Shown one piece after another: positions 54,598 to 64,000 of a stretch of DNA of 64,000 nt. Location: the NCBI GenBank assembly GCA_002189035.1, contig CM007990.1:5394001-5458000 (forward strand), given 5' to 3'. Position numbers and translations under genes: made by a program. The notes beneath the pieces were generated by a model. It was given only the letters and a program-made list of their open reading frames with translations, was not told where the DNA came from and did no database searches. This DNA is from Utricularia gibba. Lineage: Eukaryota; Plantae; Magnoliophyta. The first letter of the stretch is position 1; each line of letters starts with the position of its first letter.

Positions 54598-57345
54598 TCA
54601 AATCTCTAGCTGTTCAAGACACCTGACAACAGTATTCACATCCGCATCGACTTCAGAATCTTCTTCCCCGGCGTCGCTGGCCTCCTTTGCCGATGGAGGA
54701 GCAAGTGGGGTTGCAGCCGGGGGTCGGGGATCGTCATCTCTTCGACCTGGGGGGGAAGCAAACAGGGGAACGACATGCCGGGTGCTGACGGCCGGAGCTA
54801 CCCGAACAGAATGGCACTGCATTGCCGGAGCTGGAAGGGGAGTTGGAGCTGGAGGCGGCCGTTGTGGAAGTGGTGGGGCGGAGAACACCGGCACTGCTGT
54901 CCTTATCGTCACCGGTGGAGCTATTCCTTGGTAAGTAGGCTTTCTGCACTGGCTGATGGGAACATAAGGAGCGGCTCCCACTGCAAACCTCGGCGTACTG
55001 ATGGCGTCTGGGGCTGGGGAAGGCCGGTGACAGGTCAGTGGAGGATGCTTGAGGAGAGTGTGGGTATCAGAAGGTAGCCGGTTTAGGGGAGGAAGTTGTT
55101 GGTAGAGTAAAGGGAGGATTTTGGATGTGGGGCGTTGCGGGCTGGAGGGACGAGAGGCACCGGGAAACTTCGGCCGGAAGGAGGGGCAGGTCGGCAAGCA
55201 GCTAGAGTTGATGGTTTCCAGCTTACCCAGTGTGGGGCTGGAGGGACGGGAGGCTGGGGCTGGAAACTTCGGCCCAAAGGTTGAGCAAGAGGATAGTGTG
55301 GTTGAGTTGATTGTTTCCAGCTTCCCCTTCTGACGGTAATTCTGCAATGCCCTGGCAATTCTGATCTGCTCTTGCTCGTCGCTGTTTTCATGGTCCAGTG
55401 AAGCGCTTTCATCCTGCTCCGCCACTGACAAAAACATGACACAAGTTAATCATCAAAACCAGTAGCTTTTCGTTTCCTAAAACTAATCAAATATGGTAAA
55501 AAGGGCGGGCGGGTTACATTTTTTCAATGATGTCCAAGCAGCAAGTGCAGCATTCTTCTCAGCTTGCTTTTTGTTCTTGGCCGGTTCACCACGGAAGGTA
55601 ATTCCCGCCAATTCCACCATCCCGGTGAAGACAGGGAGGTGACTTAACCCGGTTCGGAAAGTAGTGTAATGCGGCAAAGGGGAACCAACTCTCTGCGCAA
55701 TTTCTTGCAACAGGTTCTTGTAAACACCGGTCTCATCCTGTACAAAACACACATCCCCACATCCACAAGATCAGATCCGAGTTCCAGACGACTCCTTGCC
55801 AAAGATGCTAAAAACTTCCATTTCAAACACCAAACCTTAGTGTCGTAACTGCAATCTATCAAACATCACCTGTTTTTCTAAGCAATTCTACATGAAAACA
55901 AAAAATGATGTACTGCTAGTAAATTTAAGCATAGACCCACACAGATAACATAAACGTAGAGAGGCAGCTGGGAGCAATAAATGCATCAACCCTCATTAAC
56001 ACTCAATCGAGGGGACGTGCACATGAATGCAGCAGCATGCTGTAGATAAGAACAATAAATGAGAGGGTAGGAAGGGGGACAAGACTAGGAACTGTACGTC
56101 TTTAGCTAAAAAAACAATCAATTTTCACACGTACACTTCTCTAAATCATACCTAAACCAAAAACAAACAGTAACTCTAGAGTATAAAACTAGTCCGTACG
56201 CATAAATCGGGACCAAAAAAAAAAACAACAGCTCACTGATAACAGAATTAAAACAGCAGTAAACAAGGCAAAGTTAGAAATGAAGAGGTGGAAATGAAAT
56301 ACATGTATGTGAGGCGGGAGATAAAGGATGTTGGAATCATTTCCTGCGGCAGGCTTTTTTCATGCATTTACTTGAAAAATAAAGAGAGTCAACATTGGCC
56401 ATTATCCATCTCCATCATTGTAACAAAATTACACAGCCAATTCAAAAAATTAAAAACATTGTCCTAGAGGAAACTACGCCACTTTTTACTGGAAGCATTT
56501 TTTCCAGTAGATAGCCTTCCAAAATCTAATTCTAAGCAAATCTCAAACACCGGCATTCTTTCATTGCATCAACACACGCCCGAGGAAAAATTACGATGAC
56601 ATTAGATACACTCAAGCATCTCATTGACTGGTCCAAGCATCAATCTTCAATTATACCCACGAACGAACAAGACAACCAACATTACCAAAATAAAGGAAAA
56701 AAAATACAAGCATATACTTCCACAACACACACCTGAACTGAGATTCAAGCATAAACATATCTGGTAACTGAGAAAAATGGCGAAAATGCCCTCCGATCAA
56801 CATAAACGCAGAAAGATAGAATAGCTCTAGGAAGTTAATGCTTCAGTCTAGTTGCAACTTCTAACCATCAGCCACCATTTTCATCCAATTTACTTTAAGA
56901 GGGGCAAACTCGTCATTTCATCATCCGCCGGAGAACAAAAATGAGATTAATCATCTATCTAGCGGCGGCAAGGCCGACAAAACTAAATCCTAGCAAAATC
57001 GAATGGAGATAGCGATGGAGCTGATCCAGAAACCGATCCACACCGAAATCCTCGATTTATTCGAAATCGCATTCAACTTTTTTAAGGAAAAAAACGAACC
57101 AGGATTCTAGCGGCGAGAGAATGGGAGGGGCCGCGCGAGGAGAGGGAGGCGAGAGCGACCTCGGCGGCCGAGTGCTCGGCGTGGCGAAGCGTGGAGCAGT
57201 ACTGTGGGCTCTCGAAGTTCTCCCCATTAAAACTGACCACCGCCTTGAAGCGCGGCGCGTGGTCGGGACCTTCCCTGATGCAAGTGTACGAAGGGAGATT
57301 GAAGCAGCTCCGCTGCGCCAGCTCCTGCAGCTGGTTCTTGTACAT
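54598..57345 (-). CDS. DRB2: Double-stranded RNA-binding protein, DRB2-like; three exons
   Basis: dsRBD1 MYKNQLQELAQRSCFNLPSYTCIREGPDHAPRFKA; dsRBD2 DETGVYKNLLQEIAQR...KNKKQAEKNAA; Pro-rich tail ending LEQLEI*. Confidence 0.93.
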
Positions 57346-57636
57346 CTTCGATCGACAGGATCAGAATGCGAATGAGCTTCTCCGGGATGCGTGCGGTGGA
57401 TTATTCCAGCGGCCAAAAGAAAAGAGAATCAAATCGACGCACCAAGAACTCCTCCGGAGAAGAAACAAACAAGAAGGTAGGCAGATACAGTGCAGCTAAC
57501 CCTATTTTTCTATTTCTTCCTTTCTCCATTTCTCTATATAATATTAAAATTAATAATTAATTAATTATTACACATTGCATTTACTTTTTTTAAATGTAGC
57601 ATTAAATATCATAAATTCCAACTGTTCCTCAACAGA

Positions 57637-57715
57637 AGCCCAAAAGGCCGATTTGAAAAAAGCCCAAATTATTTTCAAAAGCCCAGCCCAAAATTAGGTA
57701 TTTATTTACTGGGCT
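57637..57715. promoter_or_regulatory. Site II (AGCCCA/TGGGCT) cluster in the DRB2 / methyltransferase divergent promoter
   Basis: Five motifs, at 57637, 57661, 57680, 57685 and 57710. Confidence 0.6.
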
Positions 57716-57946
57716 GATTTAGAAAATAAAATAATAAAAAAAGTAAAAAATGAATATTTGTAAATCGGAAATTAAAAAGCATGAAGCAGGGCTCTTTTTT
57801 GCAGAGGAAAACGCATATAAAAGGGGAAGCTTCTTTGTTATCTTCGCCGCTCGACTTCTTTCTGTGTGCTTCAGATCCATTTCTCGTCCTCAGATCCATT
57901 GCTCATCCGTATTGATTCAAGCTATGTAGAGAAATCTTTCTTCAAG

Positions 57947-58072
57947 ATGAGTGTCGCAAGGTTTAGGGCGTCGAGGGTAAGAATTCCGAGAAGGATGTGG
58001 TTGGGATCTCAAAGTTCAGTGGGATTACTGGTGGGTGGGAATCATACCTCGTCCAGGTTCTGCACTCGCTAA
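57947..58072 (+). CDS. Candidate conserved-peptide uORF (41 aa) in the methyltransferase leader
   Basis: MSVARFRASRVRIPRRMWLGSQSSVGLLVGGNHTSSRFCTR* ends 108 nt before the main ATG. The Arabidopsis methyltransferases of this type (At3g53400/At5g03190 group) are known CPuORF hosts. Confidence 0.6.
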   Translation: MSVARFRASRVRIPRRMWLGSQSSVGLLVGGNHTSSRFCTR

Positions 58073-58180
58073 ATTGTGTTCGTCTCTTCCTTTTTCCGGA
58101 TTTTTCTACCTCTGAATTAGCGTACAGTGTGATCTGTCTATTCTTGATAAACGATACGAAGGAACTAGTGGATCTGAAGA

Positions 58181-59533
58181 ATGGCTATGATGCTTTCAAT
58201 GTTGAAACCGCGCCGATCGCTTGTGATGCTTGGGTTTGTGAGGGCAGTTATGCTTGTTCTTGCTGTGATTATTATTTCGTTTATTCAACTTGCCCCTGAT
58301 GTGACCTCAGTCGAGCCAATTGCAATTGATGAATGTATGTTGAATATAAGCTCAAAATCTGATCTTGAACTCACTGGGATGCCGAAGCCTACATTGAGCT
58401 TCATTTTCCCCCCATTGTGGGCTCCTAGGCCAGCTTTCTCAGAAAGCAAAAACTTGAGTATGGATGTTTTTAAGTATTTAATGGGGAGTAACATGTTGAA
58501 GCCAGGTGCAAGAGCATTGTGTATTGGTGAGGGATCTTCCTCTGCAGCACTAAGCGAATTGGGCTTATGTGATGTATTTGGTGTCGAAAAGCACCCATAT
58601 TTCTCCTTGCTCAGGTGGAAATTCGTGTATGAGTTGAACTTTGAGGACAAGCATTTCGACTTCGTGTTCTTAAGAAATCTTGATTGCAGTCCAGCTATTG
58701 TATTGAGGGAGATTGAGCGTGTCTTGCGTCCTGGAGGAGTCGGTGCTGTGTTGGTGGCTAGTCATTACTCTGAGAATCTGATCAACTCAGCCAATACCTT
58801 CAACTCAATCTTGAAAAGCTCTAATGTCGTTCATTCCTGTCGAGTTGGACCTTTCTTGCTCGTAATACTTCAGAAGAGAACCAACCACTTCGCATCCTTT
58901 GAGCATATTCAGCTCCCTCCTGATTGCCCTTCTATTGCCATGAATAAGCCATTCATGAAGTACATTGAACCCCTGAACGGAAGATGCTGTGGATCATCCA
59001 AGGGCGAAGTTGCATATCTTCCCAAATTCATGAACATTTCCTCTAGAAACAGATTGATTTACATGAACATTGGTGCAGGAGGATATGCAAGGCCAAGCAT
59101 TCAGAAGATATCTGATCTTTATGCAGTGAAACAGGATATGCCATTCGATAAGTATGTTGTTCACTATATACCCTCCATCACGTACACCTACGTTCCGGAA
59201 CCAGGTATTAATCTAGTGTTCTATCGACCTCCGGGGGAGGAAGCCACTTCAGTCCCTGAATTTGTCTCTGAAGATGACATGGATGATTTTATCGATGAAG
59301 AGGACTTCGATTTCATGAAATGGCTCAAAGAAACAGTATCCGGTGGCAACTTCGTGATCCTTATGATGGATGCAAAGACAAAGGAGCTGAGCATCCTGGA
59401 GGAAATCTTCTCAACAGGAGCAATATGCTACGTCGATGAACTCTTCCTCCGCTGCTCAGATCAAGCTGACTGCATCGAAACCATCGATATCCTTCGCCAA
59501 AGAGGCGTGTACGCTCACCAGCATTTCCTTTGA
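58181..59533 (+). CDS. SAM-dependent methyltransferase type 11 domain protein with an N-terminal membrane anchor, intronless
   Basis: 450-aa ORF with GARALCIGEG, FEDKHFDFVF, EIERVLRPGGVGAVLV and GAICYVDELFLRC. Confidence 0.85.
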   Translation: MAMMLSMLKPRRSLVMLGFVRAVMLVLAVIIISFIQLAPDVTSVEPIAIDECMLNISSKSDLELTGMPKPTLSFIFPPLWAPRPAFSESKNLSMDVFKYLMGSNMLKPGARALCIGEGSSSAALSELGLCDVFGVEKHPYFSLLRWKFVYELNFEDKHFDFVFLRNLDCSPAIVLREIERVLRPGGVGAVLVASHYSENLINSANTFNSILKSSNVVHSCRVGPFLLVILQKRTNHFASFEHIQLPPDCPSIAMNKPFMKYIEPLNGRCCGSSKGEVAYLPKFMNISSRNRLIYMNIGAGGYARPSIQKISDLYAVKQDMPFDKYVVHYIPSITYTYVPEPGINLVFYRPPGEEATSVPEFVSEDDMDDFIDEEDFDFMKWLKETVSGGNFVILMMDAKTKELSILEEIFSTGAICYVDELFLRCSDQADCIETIDILRQRGVYAHQHFL

Positions 59534-60115
59534 TCTGCTCATCATCCCTTGTTGTTATGAATAAGTGGAGGGCGTGGGAGTCCATTCCTTGACTGAACCC
59601 ACGCTCGCCCACACGTCTTCCCTTTCATTGTGAGCTAGAGATGGAAGAGATCTGATCTCCCCATCTCCTAGATGTCTGTGCATGTCTCCCCTGAGAGATT
59701 GGTTGAATGTGATCTCAATGTGTTGGATTGAATTATTGGTGGCCCGCATGGGCTTTTGTCTGTCCCTAGTTTTTGTACGGCAGGACAGCACATGAACGTC
59801 ACATCCTGTCGGCGGGGGCATCCTGTTGTTGTCGTCGTCGTCGGTGGGTTAAACCAGGCAGCAACTTTATTCGAAAGGTAGATAGATCTACGCAACCACC
59901 ACGAACCCCGGTGGATGGATGTCTGAGTTGCCTTCGCTGGAGATTCCCCCGGTCTTCTTCCATCCAATGATACGAGTAAAAGAATCACATCACGTGTCTA
60001 GCATCCAGCGTCCAGAGATCCGATCAAAAATTTAAATAATATGATCAAATATATGATAAATTTTAAATTATTAGTAATCGATTGTATTAAATTTTTTCGA
60101 ATGCGAATGATTCAA

Positions 60116-60704
60116 TGAAAAGAAATGGAATATCTTGAACTCATTGACAAGTATGGAAACAAAAATTTGGGATCCAAGTCTGTTTGTGGTTACTATTGAG
60201 CGTATCACGGGTTGGTGTTCCACGATGGTACTTTACAACTATTTATCAACCGTTCACTTTCTTCTCGAAGGAGAAATCCGAGTTATCCACGATGCGAATC
60301 TCATGATCCGTTTGATAGCAGTTTATATCGATGTGTGAGGGTTGTAGAACAGATATTTTTATTAATGTTATGCAAGAGTACACATATTTATAGTTCTTTA
60401 GCAACGGTCGCCTACTTCTAGGGATTAGCCGTTGCTCACTACGACTTCCAACAATATTGACTTCAGCACGTTGGGCCATATCATCATGTTGGGCCATTTT
60501 CTTGAAGTGGATGAGTAGCAAGATCTTTGTTGGTGGCCCATCTTCTGATCTTGCTGTCCAGTATAATCAGTCCGAGTTGCTGACAGACCTTCTTCTTCTT
60601 CCTCCCGTTATCTCTCAACACATTCGTATTTTCCTGTTCTGGGTCCTCCACATTTCTCACAGTTTGCTGCTGGTTTATCTCATATTCGTCCTCACTCGAC
60701 ATCA
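60116..60704 (-). repeat. Putative 3' LTR of the copia element
   Basis: Begins with TG right after the purine tract CAAGGAGGAA (60705-60714). Contains TATAAATA (about 60385-60392) then AATAAAA, and ends ...TTTCA at 60116. The end cannot be verified without the 5' LTR or target-site duplication. Confidence 0.55.
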
Positions 60705-63700
60705 TTCCTCCTTGAGGAAGAACATGAGATGAGGCAGCAGTAATCAAGGGATTTCTGCGCAGCCCTAATAGCTCACGGATTTGAGAGAAATGACTTGGAA
60801 AGAGGGCTTTGGTGAGAATGTCTGCGGCTTGTCTTTCTGATGGTAAATACTCCAATTTTATGCTTCCTTCTTTGATGTATTCCCTAAGAACATGGTATTT
60901 GATTTTGATATGCTTCGTCTTCCCAAACATGACCGGATTTTGAGCTATACTTATGGCTGATTTGCTGTCAATTTTCAGAATGAGTGGCTTGTTAATCTTG
61001 ATCTGTAAATCTTCACATAATTTCAGGAGCCATTGAGCGTGATTTGCAGCACAAGCTCCAGCCATGTATTCTGCTTCGGCTGAGGATTGAGCTACTAAGG
61101 TCTGTTTTCTGCTGTTCCAAGCAAATGCAGCAGAGCCCAGAGTAAACAAATAACCAGTGGTGGATTTAAGATCAGATTCGTCACCTGCGAAATCAGAGTC
61201 TACGAACCCTTGAAGAGATAGGTCAGTATGCCTTTTGAAGTATAAACCCATAGTTTTTGTAGCATTCAGATATTTGAATATTTGTTTAGCTATTCTAAGG
61301 TGTAAAGCAAGAGGGTGATGCATAAACCTGGATAGAAACGTTACAGCGAATGTAATGTCCGGTCGAGTTGAGGTGAGGTATAGTAGGGCACCAACAGTCT
61401 TCTGATATTCTCGTATGTTCACTGAATTTTCTTGAGGATCTTGTGGCCCTGAATCGGCAGAATTTAATTCTTTCAGATAGTTGTTTGCCTTGTTCTTCAG
61501 GTATGGAGTGAAAGGCGTAGTTGCTTCTTTTGCATTGTCCATCCCAAATTTTTTTAGTAAGTCTTCAGTGTATTTTTGCTGGCTGAGAAATATAAAATTG
61601 GGATCTTGTATTATCTCTAGTCCAAGAATATATCTTGCTGGCCCTAGATCAGTCAATTCGAACCGTTGTTTGAGCCTTGATTTTTGATCTGCTATCAATG
61701 TCTCGTTATTTCCTGTTAGTAAGATGTCATCAACGTATAAAGATATGATGACCTTTCCAGTTTGATTGTTGAGGGTGTATAGAGTAGGGTCGTTCTTGCT
61801 TCTGATATAACCCATTTGACCAAAGTATGAATCTATGGTTGAATACCATTCCTTGGGCGCTTGTTTAAGCCCGTAGAGAGCCTTTTGGAGTTTTAACACC
61901 TTATTTGAGCCATCCTTTAGTGTAAAACCGGGAGGATTTTCAACATATATGTCTTCTTTCAAGTCTCCATTCAGAAACGCATTCTTTATGTCTAAATGGT
62001 GCAGGATCCAACCTTGACTGGCGGCTAATGCGATAATCAATTTTATTGTATCCAGACGAGCTACCGGTGCGAAAGTCTCCCAGTAGTCTATACCTTCCTT
62101 TTGAAGATATCCTTTTGCAACCAGCCTAGACTTTAACTTATTTACTGAGCCGTCTGGATTTAGCTTTGTGCGATAAATCCATTTTAATCCCAACGGTTTA
62201 ATATTGAGAGGTTTATCCACCGCTGTCCACACTTGATGCTCTGCTATGGCCTGTAACTCATTATCCATTGAGGTTTTCCATGCAGGATCATTGAGAGCTT
62301 CGAAGGGAGAGGTAGGTTCACAAATCATAAGCGATCTGTCATAGACTTCAGTAAGAGGACAGTAACCTCTAGCAGGCTCTTCATCTATGAGATGATCGGC
62401 TGACTGCAGCATAAAGTGATGTGTATAGGAATTGTAGTTGTTTGCTGAATCTTCTGAGATATTTTCTGTGTTATCATGTCTTTCAGATATAATTTGCTCA
62501 GAGTTTTGGAAGTGAGATGTATTTTCCTCCTGTTCTTGTAATGAAGAGAATTGATATTCTGATTCTCTGCTTTCTCCATGTTGAGGCTGTTGCGACGAAG
62601 TAGGATATGGCATATGATCATTACTTTGCATGTCTTGATTCCTTTCTGAGTGATGTCTGAAATAATTGTTGTCCTCTGTTTCTGCACCAACAAGATTGGA
62701 ATTATTCGTAATAGTGGTATTAGTTTCAGGAAGTTCATTGACAAGATTCTCTTCGTGCATTTCAGTAAGATTTTCAGATGCATTGATAGGAAATAGGAGT
62801 TGCATGTCTCTGGAATATTCAGCTTCGTTTTCAGGAGTAGAAGAGATATTATGCCAGTCATAGGTCAGACTTTCTTCAACCACAACATCAGCACATCTTT
62901 GAACTTCTATACATTGTTTGGATGGAATAAATATTCTGTAAATTTGAGAGGAGTCCGAATATCCCATAAAGACCCCCATTTGAGCATGATTCTCTAACTT
63001 TCTGCGTTTTTCTTTAGATATATGGACATAGCAGAGGGATCCGAAGATTTTCAGATTCTGTAGATCTGGGACTTTTCCATACCACAGTTCATGTGGAGTT
63101 TTTCCTTCAGGTATTCCTTTGGTGGGAAGTCGATTTAATAGGAATACCGCTGTGTTAACAGCTTCTCCCCAAAAGCGCAATGGTAAGTTGTGTTCCAATA
63201 ACAAGCAACGAGCCATATTCATAATCGTTTGATTTTTCCTTTCACAAACACCATTTTGTTGAGGGGTATATGGAACGGTAAACCGATGAACTATACCACT
63301 TGCATTGCAGATGTCTCGGAGTTCGGATGATTTGTATTCCCCGCCATTGTCTGAATGCAAAGTAAGTATTCTACAATTGCTTTGTAATTCTGCCATCATC
63401 TTGAACTGCTTGAAGTATTTAGTCACTTCAGACTTTTGCTTAAGAAAATATACCCACATATGCTTGGTGTAGTCATCAATAAATAGGACATAGAATTTCT
63501 TTCCACCAGGTGTCTCAACATGCATAGGTCCGCATACGTCAGAGACTACTAGCTGTAGTTTAGAGTCGGATACTTCAGTACGATTCTTGAATGGCTTCTT
63601 GTGCATTTTCCCAAATAGACAGGTGCTGCACGGGAAATTCCAGTCCTTTAATTGAGGTACGCCATGTATAACTCCTTGGGTTTGCGCTGTTCTGAGTTGG

Positions 63701-63999
63701 CTTGCATGATAGTGACCTAATCTTTTGTGCCATAGGAAAGAGGTATTTACAGCTGCAAGACAGAAATTACTATTAGTTGTCATGCAGTTAACTGGAAAGA
63801 GGCGATTTACCATGGGCACTTTTAGTACAATATTGTGAGCATAATCCTTCAACAAGCACATATTGTTCTCTATATTCAACTCATATCCACATTCTGCTAG
63901 TTGTCCTGCACTCAGTAAGTTGTGAGAAGCCTTTGGTACATAGAATACATTAGTAATCTTGATGAGTTTTTGTTCAGTTTCCAGACAGATTGATCCAAC
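60484..63999 (-). CDS. Copia pol polyprotein, uninterrupted and open to the window edge
   Basis: NVFYVPKASHNLLSAGQL; LWHKRLGH...CSTCLFGK; SDVCGP, HSDNGGEY, QNGVCERKN (integrase); YVDDILL (RT); DSDFAG, AEAEY, ADILTKAL (RNase H). Confidence 0.96.
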   Translation of the reverse strand, partial: VGSICLETEQKLIKITNVFYVPKASHNLLSAGQLAECGYELNIENNMCLLKDYAHNIVLKVPMVNRLFPVNCMTTNSNFCLAAVNTSFLWHKRLGHYHASQLRTAQTQGVIHGVPQLKDWNFPCSTCLFGKMHKKPFKNRTEVSDSKLQLVVSDVCGPMHVETPGGKKFYVLFIDDYTKHMWVYFLKQKSEVTKYFKQFKMMAELQSNCRILTLHSDNGGEYKSSELRDICNASGIVHRFTVPYTPQQNGVCERKNQTIMNMARCLLLEHNLPLRFWGEAVNTAVFLLNRLPTKGIPEGKTPHELWYGKVPDLQNLKIFGSLCYVHISKEKRRKLENHAQMGVFMGYSDSSQIYRIFIPSKQCIEVQRCADVVVEESLTYDWHNISSTPENEAEYSRDMQLLFPINASENLTEMHEENLVNELPETNTTITNNSNLVGAETEDNNYFRHHSERNQDMQSNDHMPYPTSSQQPQHGESRESEYQFSSLQEQEENTSHFQNSEQIISERHDNTENISEDSANNYNSYTHHFMLQSADHLIDEEPARGYCPLTEVYDRSLMICEPTSPFEALNDPAWKTSMDNELQAIAEHQVWTAVDKPLNIKPLGLKWIYRTKLNPDGSVNKLKSRLVAKGYLQKEGIDYWETFAPVARLDTIKLIIALAASQGWILHHLDIKNAFLNGDLKEDIYVENPPGFTLKDGSNKVLKLQKALYGLKQAPKEWYSTIDSYFGQMGYIRSKNDPTLYTLNNQTGKVIISLYVDDILLTGNNETLIADQKSRLKQRFELTDLGPARYILGLEIIQDPNFIFLSQQKYTEDLLKKFGMDNAKEATTPFTPYLKNKANNYLKELNSADSGPQDPQENSVNIREYQKTVGALLYLTSTRPDITFAVTFLSRFMHHPLALHLRIAKQIFKYLNATKTMGLYFKRHTDLSLQGFVDSDFAGDESDLKSTTGYLFTLGSAAFAWNSRKQTLVAQSSAEAEYMAGACAANHAQWLLKLCEDLQIKINKPLILKIDSKSAISIAQNPVMFGKTKHIKIKYHVLREYIKEGSIKLEYLPSERQAADILTKALFPSHFSQIRELLGLRRNPLITAASSHVLPQGGMMSSEDEYEINQQQTVRNVEDPEQENTNVLRDNGRKKKKVCQQLGLIILDSKIRRWATNKDLATHPLQENGPT

Positions 64000-64000
64000 A

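Larger units (their letters stand above)
60116..64000 (-). mobile_element. Ty1/copia LTR retrotransposon, 3' part (gag and 5' LTR lie beyond the window)
   Basis: Domain order protease C-terminus, GAG-pre-integrase, integrase, RT, RNase H, followed by a polypurine tract and an LTR-like segment. The left boundary is approximate. Confidence 0.93.

Overview
Gene-dense eudicot nuclear DNA: about 19 protein genes in the first 60 kb, mostly short introns (many 63-100 nt), one tRNA gene, and the 3' part of an intact Ty1/copia LTR retrotransposon running off the right edge. Order: POL2 (DNA polymerase epsilon, 3' part, +), CYP71 (-), KIPK-like AGCVIII kinase (+), small COX VIIa-like gene (-), arogenate dehydratase (+), U2AF35 (-), tRNA-Arg(UCU) (+), plastid MRS2-11 (+), NHL/LEA_2 (-), germin-like (+), ZAT5-like C2H2 (-), SOSEKI3-like (-), CDC48 (+), LPA1-like P-loop kinase (-), kiwellin-like gene with an internal stop (+), miR160-targeted ARF10/16 (+), SAPS/PP6 regulatory subunit (-), DRB2 (-), methyltransferase with a candidate conserved-peptide uORF (+), copia (-). 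Three observations stand out. (1) Seven frameshifts in five genes all fall in short G runs, most likely a long-read consensus artefact. (2) A candidate U12-type AT-AC intron is nested in the 3' UTR of U2AF35. (3) Short introns interrupt two normally intronless genes (ZAT5, NHL). The species cannot be determined from the sequence; the compactness recalls Lentibulariaceae-type genomes (inference only). All family assignments are from recognised motifs; no database search was run.
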